The notes under the pieces were generated by a model. The model was not told the DNA's origin and ran no database searches. It was given only the letters and a program-made list of their open reading frames with translations. Position numbers and translations under genes: made by a program. DNA of 63,684 nucleotides, counting the filler. It is 5 parts of 5 records of this genome, joined end to end, with 100 filler letters (N's around TTAATTAATTAA, not from the genome) between each part and the next. Parts side by side here need not be neighbours in the genome. Positions count along the whole stretch, not along the records: positions 1 to 26,236 come from SRR31156797_12921; 4 more parts are not named here. The stretch is one strand, 5' to 3'. Positions 10,402 through 21,045 of this stretch are shown here, piece after piece. The stretch's first letter is position 1; every line of letters begins with the position of its first letter.

Positions 10402-11405
10402 TGAATTGGTTGAAGAACTGGGTTCGCCCGAAGCTGCGCGAACTGGTCGGGCAGAAAGAGGTTCCCGAGAACCTTTGGCACAAGTGCCCGAAATGCGAAC
10501 AGATGATCTTCCATCGGGACCTGGTGGCGAATTTGCGGGTCTGTCCACATTGCGGCCATCATATGCGCCTGGGTGCGGAAGAGCGTCTGAAGATGTTTTT
10601 CGACGACGGCGAATACCAGACCATCGAATTGCCGGAAGTGCCGGCCGATCCGCTTCGGTTTCGGGATCGAAAACGTTACAGCGACCGACTGAAGGAGGCC
10701 CGCGGAAAGGCCGGCACCGAAGATGCCTTGTCGGTGGCGCATGGAAAAATGGGCGGCATGAATGTCGTCATCGCGGTTTTTAATTTCGGTTTCATGGGTG
10801 GCTCCATGGGGACAGCCGTCGGCGAGGGCCTGCTGTCGGCATCGCGATTGGCCGTCGTTCAGGACGCGCCTTTGATCGTTATTCCTTCGTCCGGCGGGGC
10901 GCGCATGCAGGAGGGCATCCTGTCGTTGATGCAAATGGTCCGCACGACCATTGCCGTCGAGGATGTGCGCGAAGCCGGGCTGCCTTACATCGTCATGCTG
11001 GCCGATCCGACGACCGGCGGGGTATCGGCGTCGTTTGCGATGCTGGGCGATATCACCATCGCCGAACCGGGTGCCGAAATCGGCTTTGCCGGGGCGCGCG
11101 TCATCGAACAAACCATCCGGGCAAAATTGCCGGAAGGATTCCAGCGGGCCGAATACCTGTACGACCATGGAATGATCGATATCGTCGTCGAGCGGCACAA
11201 ACTGCGCGAAACCCTGACCCGCCTGATCGATCTGTTGCGAAATCCCGGACCGTCGGCCGAAGGGGTGCCGATCCCATCGGCCGAAAACGAGTTGGCCGTT
11301 GCGGAAGAGGAGGACCTGCACGAACCGGAGGTTGAGATTCTTCCGCCGGAGGAGAGCGAGGCCGGGTCGGCCAAGACCGACGAGAAGGAATTGCCCGCTG
11401 AGTAG
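10401..11405 (+). CDS. accD: Acetyl-CoA carboxylase carboxyltransferase beta subunit
   Basis: C4 zinc finger (WHKCPKC...VCPHC), [25 protein letters not shown]; acidic C-terminal tail. Confidence 0.97.
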   Translation: MNWLKNWVRPKLRELVGQKEVPENLWHKCPKCEQMIFHRDLVANLRVCPHCGHHMRLGAEERLKMFFDDGEYQTIELPEVPADPLRFRDRKRYSDRLKEARGKAGTEDALSVAHGKMGGMNVVIAVFNFGFMGGSMGTAVGEGLLSASRLAVVQDAPLIVIPSSGGARMQEGILSLMQMVRTTIAVEDVREAGLPYIVMLADPTTGGVSASFAMLGDITIAEPGAEIGFAGARVIEQTIRAKLPEGFQRAEYLYDHGMIDIVVERHKLRETLTRLIDLLRNPGPSAEGVPIPSAENELAVAEEEDLHEPEVEILPPEESEAGSAKTDEKELPAE

Positions 11406-12678
11406 CGATCCCATTCTTGAGCGCCTGGGAAAACTTCATCCGAAACTGATCGACCTGTCGCTTGATCGTGTCGAAGCCCTTTTGAATGACCTGGGAAACC
11501 CCCATTGGGCCTTGCCGCCGGTCGTTCATGTGGCGGGCACAAACGGCAAGGGATCGGTTATTGCCTTTTTGGGCGCGATGCTCCGGGCGGCCGGTTATCG
11601 CACCCATATTTTCACATCGCCCCATCTTATTCGCTTCAACGAGCGGATCTGCGTCGCCGGCGAGGAAATCGACGACGACCGATTGACCGGGGTTTTGGAA
11701 GAATGCGAACGCATCAACGCCGGGCGGCCGATCACCTTCTTCGAGATCACGACGGTTGCGGCATTTTTGGCATTCGCCCGGACACCGGCCGATATCGTGC
11801 TTCTCGAAACCGGGCTCGGCGGCAGGCTCGATGCCACCAACATGGTGCCGAAGCCGGCCTTGACGGCAATCACGCCGGTGTCGATGGATCATCAGAGCTT
11901 TCTCGGCGATACCATCGAACTGATCGCTGCCGAGAAGGCCGGAATCATGAAACCGGGCGTGCCCTGCTATTGCGCCGCGCAATCGAAAAAGGCGATGCGG
12001 GTCCTGACCTCGAAGGCGACCGAAACGGGTGCGCCTTTGGTTGTCGAGGGCAAGGACTGGTTCGTCATGGGCCGAGGCGAACAATTGCTGTTCAAGGCCG
12101 GCGATGAGCAACTGGATCTGCCGGTGCCGGCCCTGACCGGCAAGCACCAGCAGCGCAACGCCGGGCTTGCCGTGGCCTGCGCCCGGGCACTGCCGGGCTT
12201 TTCCTTTTCCGCCGACGCCATCGCCGAAGGTTTGCGCCAGGCCCGATGGCCGGCGCGTCTGCAGAGGCTGAACAAGGGGCCGCTATCGGACCTGTTGCCG
12301 AACGATTGGGAGTTGTGGCTCGACGGCGGGCACAATCCGGATGCCGCCAAAGCCTTGGCCAATCACAGCCGCCATTGGCGGGACAGACCCCTGCACCTGG
12401 TGTTCGGGATGATGGCCGGAAAGGACCCGATCGGTTTTCTGAAACCGTTGGAAGCGGTCGTTGCCAGTCTTCGGGGCGTTGCCATTCCGGGCGAGGACGG
12501 CGGATTACTGGCCGAAAAGGCAGCCTTGGCGGCCGAGTATCTGGCCATCGAATCGACGGCGGCGCCTTCCGTGGCGGCGGCAATTACCGATATCGTTAAG
12601 AAATCCAAAAAACCTTCGCGCATTCTTATTTGCGGCTCCCTATATCTCGCCGGACACGTTCTTCGCGACAACGCATAA
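11398..12678 (+). CDS. folC: Folylpolyglutamate synthase/dihydrofolate synthase (start uncertain, probably CTG at 11398)
   Basis: [47 protein letters not shown]. Confidence 0.95.
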   Translation: MSSDPILERLGKLHPKLIDLSLDRVEALLNDLGNPHWALPPVVHVAGTNGKGSVIAFLGAMLRAAGYRTHIFTSPHLIRFNERICVAGEEIDDDRLTGVLEECERINAGRPITFFEITTVAAFLAFARTPADIVLLETGLGGRLDATNMVPKPALTAITPVSMDHQSFLGDTIELIAAEKAGIMKPGVPCYCAAQSKKAMRVLTSKATETGAPLVVEGKDWFVMGRGEQLLFKAGDEQLDLPVPALTGKHQQRNAGLAVACARALPGFSFSADAIAEGLRQARWPARLQRLNKGPLSDLLPNDWELWLDGGHNPDAAKALANHSRHWRDRPLHLVFGMMAGKDPIGFLKPLEAVVASLRGVAIPGEDGGLLAEKAALAAEYLAIESTAAPSVAAAITDIVKKSKKPSRILICGSLYLAGHVLRDNA

Positions 12679-12747
12679 ACATCGAGATGCCCGGCGGTCG
12701 GGCATATGCGCGCGCAATCGCGGTTAACAATGAAAGGACCGCGCGGA

Positions 12748-13278
12748 ATGACCGACACCTTTGAAACCAGGCGGCTGAAGTTGCGTCCGTTGCAATTGGC
12801 GGATGCGCGCCTGTTCGCACGGCTGTTCGGCGACGACCGCGATGCCGTCGCTATGACGACGACATTGCCGAACCCGTGTACCGAAGAAGAAGCCCACAAA
12901 TGGATCGAGCAACGTATAGCCGGCGGCAACCAGGGATTTGCCATCCATCGGCTGAAGGATGACCTTTTCGTCGGCGCCATCAGGTTTGACGGAACACCGG
13001 ATCTGGTTGAACTGGGCTTCGGCATCGGCCGGCCATTTTGGGGGCGCGGCTACGCCACCGAGGCGGTCCGGGGGATCGTCGATCATATCTGGGATCTGGG
13101 CATCGGATCGGTCGAGGCCTGCACTTTCAAAACCAATCCGGCATCGGCCCGGGTGCTGGAAAAATGCGGTTTTAAGGATATGGGCAGAATCACCCGCAAC
13201 TATCCGCAACGGGGCGGGCAGCGGGCCGTTCACCGCTACCTTCTGGCAATGGAAGAAGCCGATATCATTGCCGAATAA
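12748..13278 (+). CDS. GNAT N-acetyltransferase, RimJ/RimL-like (start may be 12730)
   Basis: ETRRLKLRP, ELGFGIGRPFWGRGYATEA, NPASARVLEKCGF. Confidence 0.9.
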   Translation: MTDTFETRRLKLRPLQLADARLFARLFGDDRDAVAMTTTLPNPCTEEEAHKWIEQRIAGGNQGFAIHRLKDDLFVGAIRFDGTPDLVELGFGIGRPFWGRGYATEAVRGIVDHIWDLGIGSVEACTFKTNPASARVLEKCGFKDMGRITRNYPQRGGQRAVHRYLLAMEEADIIAE

Positions 13279-13408
13279 TGCACCCGCGAAGGAGCCGGGA
13301 CAACGTCCGGCTCGGCGACGGGTAGGCTTGGGCTTTCGATAGCCCTGGTAAAAGCCCCGCCGCAATCGACGGGGCCGCCAATCTATGCCGGTATCGTTCT
13401 CGATGGTC

Positions 13409-13726
13409 CTAAAGGACGGACTCGACCCATTCTACCAGTTTGCTTTTCGGAAGCGCACCGACCTTGGTGGCGGCGACCTGACCGTCCTTGAAGAGGATCA
13501 GGGTCGGAATTCCACGGACGCCGAACTGCGAGGGCGTTGCCGGATTGTGATCGATATTGATCTTGGCGACGGTGACACGGTCGCCCATCTCGGTATCGAG
13601 TTCCTCCAACGCCGGCGCAATCTGCTTGCACGGGCCGCACCATTCCGCCCAGAAATCCACGAGCACCGGAGTCGATGACTGCAAGACATCGGTTTCAAAC
13701 GAGGAATCGGTTACTTGTTTCGGCAT
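13409..13726 (-). CDS. trxA: Thioredoxin
   Basis: [17 protein letters not shown]; 105 aa from ATG 13726. Confidence 0.97.
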   Translation of the reverse strand: MPKQVTDSSFETDVLQSSTPVLVDFWAEWCGPCKQIAPALEELDTEMGDRVTVAKINIDHNPATPSQFGVRGIPTLILFKDGQVAATKVGALPKSKLVEWVESVL

Positions 13727-13830
13727 TTTTTTTAATCCCATCAGTAACTTATGGAAACTCCGGCGACGCGTGCGCGCCATTCATCCGGTTCGTGACACTG
13801 TGCTGAATCTAGAAAGGACCCCGGGGGGCG

Positions 13831-16800
13831 TCAAGGCATGTGGGCATCAAGTTGTCGGTCTTCCAGCTTCATGGCGTTTGGGCCGTCCGTCCACAACAGC
13901 ACGCATTCAACTGCGCGCTCCGGGAAGATGCCGCGCAGGGCCTGCCGGTATACCGCCATCTGGCGAAGGTAGACGGGCGGAACATCGGTATTCGTTTGCG
14001 GTGGCGGACGGTTGGTTTTGAAATCGATAACGGTCACCTTGTCCGGGCCGATCAGAAGCCGATCGACCTGGGCCGATACGACCTGATTGCCGACCTGGCC
14101 AACCAAGGGCACCTCGGCCAGGCTGCCGTCGCCGAAAAAGGCGGCGAATCGCGGATCTTCCATGACGCGAATAATTTCCTCGGCGATCTCGGTCCTTTCG
14201 TTTTCGCTGAGGCCATGGACCGGGCGCGCCAGGAAGGATTCGGCGGCATGCCTTCGGGTGGCGGATGGAAGGTCGGGCAGGTTTTGCAGCAATGTGTGAG
14301 TCAAGCGCCCTTTTTTGAAGCGCTCGCCGGTGTCCCCTAAAAGCGGCGAACTGACCGGCGGTTCATCGCCATCGGGGTGGGACGGCGTCAGCGGCCGAAT
14401 CGGTTCCGGTTCGGGTTCCGGAGGCCGGCCCGCCCAATCGGGAAGGTCGTCCGCGGGACCTGGTTTGCCAAGCGATTCGGCCTTGCCGTCGGGGTCGGCT
14501 TCCTGCCGGTCCTGGATTTGCCAAACGGTTTCACCGTCCTTCAGGCGGACCTCTTTGCCGGTTTCGCGGGCCGCCTTTGCGATCAGATCGTACCAGCATC
14601 CGTCGGCGCGGCCGTGTTTTCCCTCCCACCCGCAAACGTAAAGGCGATCCTTCGCACGGGTCATGGCGACATAAAGAAGACGCCGGTATTCCCGCTGTTG
14701 GTTCCGGCGGCTTTCGTCCCGCAGGCTTTGGCAGAGCGCCCCTTCGTTGTCGCGGTAGCCGGGCCATAGCGGCGCCGGGTCGTCCTCGCCGCCGGCCCAC
14801 AGGATGTTGGAATCGTTCCGGGTGTCCGGCACTTTGCAGGTGTCGGGAAGGAAGACGATTCCGGCCTGAAGCCCCTTGGCGCCATGGACGGTCATGACGC
14901 GGACTTCTTCGCCGCCAATTTCGAGATCGCGTTTGATCTGGCTATCGCCGGCTTCGACCCAATGAAGGAAGCCTTGCAGGGAGGAGGCGTTCTCGCGTTC
15001 GTAGTCGAGCGCCAGGGAGAGGAATTCATCGATCGGATCGTCGGCTTCCGGACCCAAACGCGCCAGTATTTTACGTCGTCCGCCTTCGGGGCCGAGAAGT
15101 CGGGAAAAGAATTCGAACGGCGGTGTAAAATCGGCCGTTTCGAGAACCCGGGAAAGCAGCCGCGCCGCGTCGTTCCATGTCGGTTTTTCCTTGGCCCGTC
15201 GTGCCAATTCGGGCCAAAGATGGCCCTTCCGTTCGTATGCCAGTTCAAACAGGTCGTCGTCGTCAAGACCGCACAGCGGCCCCTTGAGGACCTCGGCCAG
15301 CGACAGGTCGTCCTCCGGCAAAACGGCGAACCGTGCCAACGCCAGAAGATCCATGGTGGCGAGCTGGTCGTTAAGCAGCATGCGATCGCTGCCGGCGACG
15401 GCAATGCCGCGTTGTTTGAGACAGCGGATCATTTCCTCGGCAAAGCGTTCGCGCCGGCGCACCAGGATCATGATGTCGCCGGGCACAATCGGGCGCCCGG
15501 TCGATTCGAGAATTTCGCGGTTAGCCAGCCAGTCGGCGATGCGGTCGGCGATGCGATTGGCAAGGCGGACCTGGGGGCTGTCGGCCGACAACCTGTCGAG
15601 CGGGGTGTCCCAGGGATCCGACTTTTCGATTTCAGCCGGCTGAACGGTCGGCCAGACCTCGATCAGTCCGGCCTGTCCCAGGCGGTTGGAAAGATGGCGG
15701 ATGTTGCGACCGCCGAAGGTCAACCCATCGGCCGCACTGCCGTCGGCGAAAACCGCGTCGACCGTGCGCAGCACCGCCCACACCGATCGGAAGGAAAGCG
15801 GCATTTCGACCGACCGCCACGGATTGCCGGAGTTAAAGGCGCGCTCGGCGAAATAGGCTTCCATTTCGGCGAAGGCTTCGGGGTCGGCGCCTTGGAAACT
15901 GTAGATGGACTGTTTTTCGTCGCCGACCGCAAAAACGGTGCGTATGGCCCGACGGGCGCCTTCTCCGGCAAAGAACTCGCCGGCCAGGGAACGGATGACG
16001 CCCCATTGCTCGGGGCTGGTGTCCTGGGCTTCGTCGACCAGAATGTGGTCGATGCCGCCGTCCAGCTTGTAGTGGACCCAGGCGGCAGCACCGTCTCCTT
16101 CAAGAAGGGCGCGCGCTTTGAGGACAAGGTCGTCGTAGTCAAGCAAACCTCGCCGGTCCTTGAGGCCTTGGTATTCTGCCAACAGGGCATCGCCGATCAC
16201 CAGCAAGGCCGTGGTCGCGTGGACCGTTTCCGCTGCTTTCAGTCGATCATTGAGGTCGAGCAATCGTCTTTGTTCGGCCAGAAGGTCGGAAAATGCCTGC
16301 GGATCGGCTTCGCGCGGCTTTTTGGTCATCAGTCCGCTTTCGGCCCGGGGCTGTCCGGTCTTGGTCAGGAAAACACCGGCATAGGGACCCTGTAAGCCGT
16401 CGATCCGCCGATTCGGATCATCGAGCCAACCGGCAATGACGAACGCCCGGTCCTGATCGGTCTTCGATCCTTCCGCCAATGCCGCGACCGCGTTACGCAG
16501 AGCCGAACCGTCGACGGCGGCGTCTTCTACGGCGGCGGCAAGCAGCGATCGGCGATTGTCGTCGTGGCCCAGCCCGAGTGCGCGACGCACCGCATCGGCG
16601 ACGCCGTCCAAGGATCCATGCCGGCGGATCGTGTCGCGGAACTTCCGGCGATTGGAAATGAGTTCGCGGACAACCGTTTCGAAACCCATTTCGCTGGTGG
16701 CGACGGCGATGTCCGCCAGTGCGGTACTTAGGTGGGCATTGTCGGCCTGCGCGGCGCGGCGCAAAACGGCGTTGCGGGCCTCGGCTAAAAGCTCGCCTTC

Positions 16801-17262
16801 GGTCCGTTCGTCGATAACCGAGAAATGGGCCGGCACGCCGGCTTCGAGCGGAAACTGGCCAAGCAGGCCCTCGCAGAAGGCATGAATGGTGCGGATTTTC
16901 AGCCCGCCCGGCGTTTCCAGCGCGCGGGCGAAGAGATGACGGGCCAGGACCAACTCGCCGTCTTCGACGGCACGGCCGAGAAGCTTCGAGAGCTGTGTGC
17001 GCAGTTCGGCATCGTCGGTCGCCGCCCATTCGCCGAGACGTTCGTTCAGCCGGTTGGCCATCTCGGCGGCGGCTGCCTTGGTGAATGTCAGGCAGAGGAT
17101 TTTCGCCGGCGGTGTTCCGGCCAGAAGCAGACGGGAAATGCGGTCGATAAGAACCCGCGTCTTGCCGGTTCCGGCATTTGCCGAAAGCCAAACCGATTGC
17201 GTCGGGTCGGCCGCCAGGACCTGTGCCGCAACCGCTGACTGGGTGCTGTCCGCCGGTGTCAT
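13831..17262 (-). CDS. addA: Double-strand break repair helicase-nuclease AddA
   Basis: ANAGTGKT, LTFTKAAA, LVDEAQD, VGDEKQSIYSFQGA, MTVHGAKGL, YVAMTRA, C-terminal VDRL...IDFKT nuclease motif. Confidence 0.96.
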   Translation of the reverse strand: MTPADSTQSAVAAQVLAADPTQSVWLSANAGTGKTRVLIDRISRLLLAGTPPAKILCLTFTKAAAAEMANRLNERLGEWAATDDAELRTQLSKLLGRAVEDGELVLARHLFARALETPGGLKIRTIHAFCEGLLGQFPLEAGVPAHFSVIDERTEGELLAEARNAVLRRAAQADNAHLSTALADIAVATSEMGFETVVRELISNRRKFRDTIRRHGSLDGVADAVRRALGLGHDDNRRSLLAAAVEDAAVDGSALRNAVAALAEGSKTDQDRAFVIAGWLDDPNRRIDGLQGPYAGVFLTKTGQPRAESGLMTKKPREADPQAFSDLLAEQRRLLDLNDRLKAAETVHATTALLVIGDALLAEYQGLKDRRGLLDYDDLVLKARALLEGDGAAAWVHYKLDGGIDHILVDEAQDTSPEQWGVIRSLAGEFFAGEGARRAIRTVFAVGDEKQSIYSFQGADPEAFAEMEAYFAERAFNSGNPWRSVEMPLSFRSVWAVLRTVDAVFADGSAADGLTFGGRNIRHLSNRLGQAGLIEVWPTVQPAEIEKSDPWDTPLDRLSADSPQVRLANRIADRIADWLANREILESTGRPIVPGDIMILVRRRERFAEEMIRCLKQRGIAVAGSDRMLLNDQLATMDLLALARFAVLPEDDLSLAEVLKGPLCGLDDDDLFELAYERKGHLWPELARRAKEKPTWNDAARLLSRVLETADFTPPFEFFSRLLGPEGGRRKILARLGPEADDPIDEFLSLALDYERENASSLQGFLHWVEAGDSQIKRDLEIGGEEVRVMTVHGAKGLQAGIVFLPDTCKVPDTRNDSNILWAGGEDDPAPLWPGYRDNEGALCQSLRDESRRNQQREYRRLLYVAMTRAKDRLYVCGWEGKHGRADGCWYDLIAKAARETGKEVRLKDGETVWQIQDRQEADPDGKAESLGKPGPADDLPDWAGRPPEPEPEPIRPLTPSHPDGDEPPVSSPLLGDTGERFKKGRLTHTLLQNLPDLPSATRRHAAESFLARPVHGLSENERTEIAEEIIRVMEDPRFAAFFGDGSLAEVPLVGQVGNQVVSAQVDRLLIGPDKVTVIDFKTNRPPPQTNTDVPPVYLRQMAVYRQALRGIFPERAVECVLLWTDGPNAMKLEDRQLDAHMP

Positions 17263-20261
17263 TCGTCGCCTCCGATGACGGTCCATTCCTTTACCCGGGC
17301 GAGATGGTCGTAGTCGCCGTATTCGCGCGCGAACATGGGGCGCGGCCGTGACAAATAGGGGGTTTGCGGATCGTCGAATGAGGACAGCACCCGCAGCAGA
17401 CCGTCACGAGCATCTGTCGCAAGTTCGGCAATGCCGTCGTCGAGCATCAGGCATTGGCCGGGCGTCCGGCCGCCGGTCAGGCGAAGATATATAAGCTGCG
17501 CCGCCTCGCTTGCCGGAACGCCTTCGAAGTCTCCGGCGGCCGCCATCGCGGCCTCCAACGTTAATTGCGGGACAAGCCCGCTTTTGACCTGCTTCCAGCT
17601 TGGCGTTTGCCCGGTCTTGTAGTCGACAATGGCGATCTTTCCGTCGGACAACCGGTCGAAACGATCTGCCCGCCCGGTGAGCCGGAACGGCCCGCCCGGC
17701 AAACCGAGTTCCATCGTTCCCGAGGTTTCCGTTGCCAGGATGCGAACGCCGGCGGCACGGCGTTTCGTTTCGAAATCCACAAACCATTCGGCCAGCCGTT
17801 CAAATCGGGGCCACCAGAATGCTTCAATGGCCGGGTTCGATGTGCGTTCTTCGAACACCTGGCGGCCGATTTCCAGCAGGCGCTCAAGGCCGTCGCCGGG
17901 GAGTTTTTCGGGAAAAGCGCGTGTGAACCTGTCCAACGCCTCGTGAACGACGATGCCGCGTTCTGCCGCGGTTGGGTCGGCATCGATGGGATCGAGGCGC
18001 TTCAGGCGCAGGATGTGGCCGGCGAAGATGGCGTATGGATCGCGGATCAGGGTTTCGATCCGCGTCACCGATAGACGCCTTGGCCGGGCCGCAACCGGCG
18101 GCTTCGGTTGCGGCGGCGCGACCGGTTCCAGTTTCGATACGGCGTCCAGTTGCTCAAACCAGGAAAGCCACCGGTGGTCGGACCTGATCCGTTTGCCGAG
18201 GCCGGATGCCGCCATCAGGGTCTCAAGGCGGAGCAACCACCGGGAGGGAACGGTCGGGGCACCGGCAACGCGCGTCGCCCGGGTCAGAACGACACGTCCG
18301 GCACAGGCCGCCTGGGCAAAATCATGGGCGGCGAGACCGATGCGGCGTTCCGGCAACGGCAGGCCGAATGATTGCATCATGGGTCGGCTCATCCAGGGGC
18401 CGGCATGGGTTTCCGGTGGCCAGGTCCCTTCATTGAGGCCGCCGAGGATGAGGATGTCGGTCTGTTGAAGACGGGCTTCCAGTGGCCCCCAGATATGCAG
18501 CCTTGGATGAAGGCCGAAGCGCGGACGGACAACGCGCCCGGCCATCGTTTCTTCGATGAAGCCGGGAAGCGAGCGCCGACTGCATTTGCCGATCAGGCCA
18601 GCCGATTCAACCAGTTCGGCGACGTAGCCGGCGGCCGCTTCGCCGGCATCTCCGGCCCACAGTCGGTTGGCTCCGGGTTCTTCGTCGGTTTCGGCAAGGG
18701 CTTCGGCGAAGCGGACAAGGGCCTTGGTCAATTCGCCGGCATCGGCCATTCCGTCCGACAGCTGAGCCCGCAGAGGCCGGCTGGCGGCATCGAGAAAGCC
18801 GATCACTTGAAGGCAGTCTTCGGCATCGCTGATGACCGACGTCAGGCCGTTCAGCCCAGCCGCCGGGCGCGGTCCGCGAAGGGCCATGATTTCGATCTTG
18901 CGTGCCAACGCCCGGCAGGCGGCGGGAGACTTCCCACAGGCGGCAAGGGGATGTTTCAGAGCCGACAAAAGGGAGAGCGGTGCGAAATCCTCTGCGATCA
19001 GACGGGCCGCCAGTAAAAGAAAAACAGCCGGCGGGGTTTGCGCCAGGGGCTTGCCGGCGGAATCGTCGATCTCGATTCCCCAACGCTGCAATTCCGAAGC
19101 GACACGACGGGCCAGCATCCGGTCGGGCGTTACCAGGGCTGCCGTGGTTTCCTTGTTTTCCAGGGCTTCGCGCATGATCAGCGCAATGGTGCCGGCTTCC
19201 TCTCTTGGCCCCGGGCAATCGATGCGGGTCAATCCATCCAGGCAATCCGCGGTTAAGCGCTCACTATCGTGCCATTGATGAGAGACCTCGGCCGGACACA
19301 GGGCGACATTGACCAGACGGCGGCGTCCGTCCGGTGTCTTTGGGTGTTCCGGTGCCGGCCAGTCGGCCACTTGATCCGGTGACATATCCAGTTTTTCGAG
19401 CAGGACCCGCATGCCGAACTGGGGATGCGTCGGCGGCAGGGAGGGGGACCCTGCATCGCCGATTTCACGGTCCAGGCCGGGAAGAACCACACATCCGCGC
19501 GGCAGTCGCGCAACGACGCCCAGCAGATCGGCGGTTGCCGGAATGCTGCCGGTCGATCCGGCCGCGATAACCGGATATTCTGGCGGCACCTGGCGCCATG
19601 CTTCGGCACGCGCCGACAGCAGGCGATTGCGCCGGTCCGCCGCATCGATGCAACCATCGGCGGCCAGGATTTTCGGCCATTGGTCGCTGAGGATGGTCAG
19701 GAATTCCAGGGTAATTTGCCAATGGCCGGCGAAATCCGAATCGGCCGGAACCAACCCGGGAAGGGCGTCGAAAGAAAGCTTTTCGGTGTGAATCTGATCG
19801 AGCAGACGAGCCAGTTCGGCGGCCAGACGGACAGCCTGTTCCGGCCCCAATTCGGACCCGGCCATGGCGACGATCATCCGCGCCAGAAGGATCTGACGGC
19901 GCAGGCCGGGGATCGCCGGCGGGATATCGGATGCGGATTGTCCCTCGTGCCCGACAAACCATGTGCCGGTGGCGCCGATGGCTTCGTTGATGGCCAGTTC
20001 ATCCTCGTCGATGTCGCCCAGGGGAGTAAGCCGCGGCAAAAGCATGGGCCGACCGCCACTGCGACGCAGAAAGGCATCGCGAAGGCCGCGGCAGGCGCGA
20101 CGCGTCGGCAGCAGAATGTGGAACGGTGTCAGAGATTCCGGTTCGCCGTCGATCTGGGCGAGAATGCCGTCAGCCAGCGCATCAAGAAAGGGCGTGCCCG
20201 CCGGGATTGTGAAGACCTTGGCGGCGTCCGATTGGTCGGGTTTGTTCCCGTTTTCGATCAC
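17259..20261 (-). CDS. addB: Double-strand break repair protein AddB (probable GTG start 20261)
   Basis: LLPTRRA, AGSTGSIPATA, LVTPDRMLARRV, LGGLNEGTWP, LSVTRIETLIRDPY, GRADR...IVDYKTG. Confidence 0.95.
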   Translation of the reverse strand: MIENGNKPDQSDAAKVFTIPAGTPFLDALADGILAQIDGEPESLTPFHILLPTRRACRGLRDAFLRRSGGRPMLLPRLTPLGDIDEDELAINEAIGATGTWFVGHEGQSASDIPPAIPGLRRQILLARMIVAMAGSELGPEQAVRLAAELARLLDQIHTEKLSFDALPGLVPADSDFAGHWQITLEFLTILSDQWPKILAADGCIDAADRRNRLLSARAEAWRQVPPEYPVIAAGSTGSIPATADLLGVVARLPRGCVVLPGLDREIGDAGSPSLPPTHPQFGMRVLLEKLDMSPDQVADWPAPEHPKTPDGRRRLVNVALCPAEVSHQWHDSERLTADCLDGLTRIDCPGPREEAGTIALIMREALENKETTAALVTPDRMLARRVASELQRWGIEIDDSAGKPLAQTPPAVFLLLAARLIAEDFAPLSLLSALKHPLAACGKSPAACRALARKIEIMALRGPRPAAGLNGLTSVISDAEDCLQVIGFLDAASRPLRAQLSDGMADAGELTKALVRFAEALAETDEEPGANRLWAGDAGEAAAGYVAELVESAGLIGKCSRRSLPGFIEETMAGRVVRPRFGLHPRLHIWGPLEARLQQTDILILGGLNEGTWPPETHAGPWMSRPMMQSFGLPLPERRIGLAAHDFAQAACAGRVVLTRATRVAGAPTVPSRWLLRLETLMAASGLGKRIRSDHRWLSWFEQLDAVSKLEPVAPPQPKPPVAARPRRLSVTRIETLIRDPYAIFAGHILRLKRLDPIDADPTAAERGIVVHEALDRFTRAFPEKLPGDGLERLLEIGRQVFEERTSNPAIEAFWWPRFERLAEWFVDFETKRRAAGVRILATETSGTMELGLPGGPFRLTGRADRFDRLSDGKIAIVDYKTGQTPSWKQVKSGLVPQLTLEAAMAAAGDFEGVPASEAAQLIYLRLTGGRTPGQCLMLDDGIAELATDARDGLLRVLSSFDDPQTPYLSRPRPMFAREYGDYDHLARVKEWTVIGGDE

Positions 20262-20265
20262 GCCC

Positions 20266-21045
20266 TCACCGATGTTTTGTTTCGGGGTACCGCTCCCGAA
20301 TATAGGACTCGGCTTCGGCAAGCCCTTCCGGGGTTCCGATATGGAACCATTCGCCATCATGGACGACGCCGTAGAGGCGCTGATTTTCGATGGCCCGGTT
20401 ATAAAGGACGGTCAGCGGGAATGCTCCGGCCGGGGCCTCATCAAAGAGCCTCGGGTGCAGAATCTGAATGCCCGTGAACACGAACGGAGAGATTTCGCGC
20501 TCCGGCCGGTTTTCGACCACGCCCGCCGGATCGATGCAGAAATCTCCCATTCCCGAATAGCCGTAGGAATCGACGGTCGAGTGCAGCAGGAGCAGGCCGT
20601 CCATTTTCTCGTCGTCCCACTGCGCCACCATACGCTGCAGCGCCGAGGTCGGTCCGTTGAGCCACAATGAATCGGCGTTGACGACGAAAAATATATCGTG
20701 GCCGAGCGCCGGCAGGGCCTTGGCGACGCCGCCGCCGGTTTCCAGGATAACGTTCTCGTGCGAAACGATGATCTCGGGCGGTTTTTCGCGCTTGTGGACG
20801 TGCTGCTCGATCAGGTCGCCGAGATGGTGGGTGTTGATGACGACCGTTTCGATGTTCTCGTCGTGAAGGCGGTCGATATTGCGATCGAGCATCGATCGGC
20901 CACCAACTTCGATCAGCGGCTTCGGCAGCTTGTCGGTGAGCGGCAGCATCCGCTTGCCGAACCCGGCGGCCAGAATCATCGCCCGCTTCGGCATCGCCGG
21001 ATGCGGTTTAACAACGGTTACCGACGGTTCGTTGCCTTCGGTCAT
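20266..21045 (-). CDS. murU: Nucleotidyltransferase, MurNAc-1-P uridylyltransferase-like
   Basis: AMILAAGFGKRMLPLTDKLPKPL, ETGGG, WFHIGTP; ATG 21045 overlaps the upstream kinase stop codon. Confidence 0.85.
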   Translation of the reverse strand: MTEGNEPSVTVVKPHPAMPKRAMILAAGFGKRMLPLTDKLPKPLIEVGGRSMLDRNIDRLHDENIETVVINTHHLGDLIEQHVHKREKPPEIIVSHENVILETGGGVAKALPALGHDIFFVVNADSLWLNGPTSALQRMVAQWDDEKMDGLLLLHSTVDSYGYSGMGDFCIDPAGVVENRPEREISPFVFTGIQILHPRLFDEAPAGAFPLTVLYNRAIENQRLYGVVHDGEWFHIGTPEGLAEAESYIRERYPETKHR

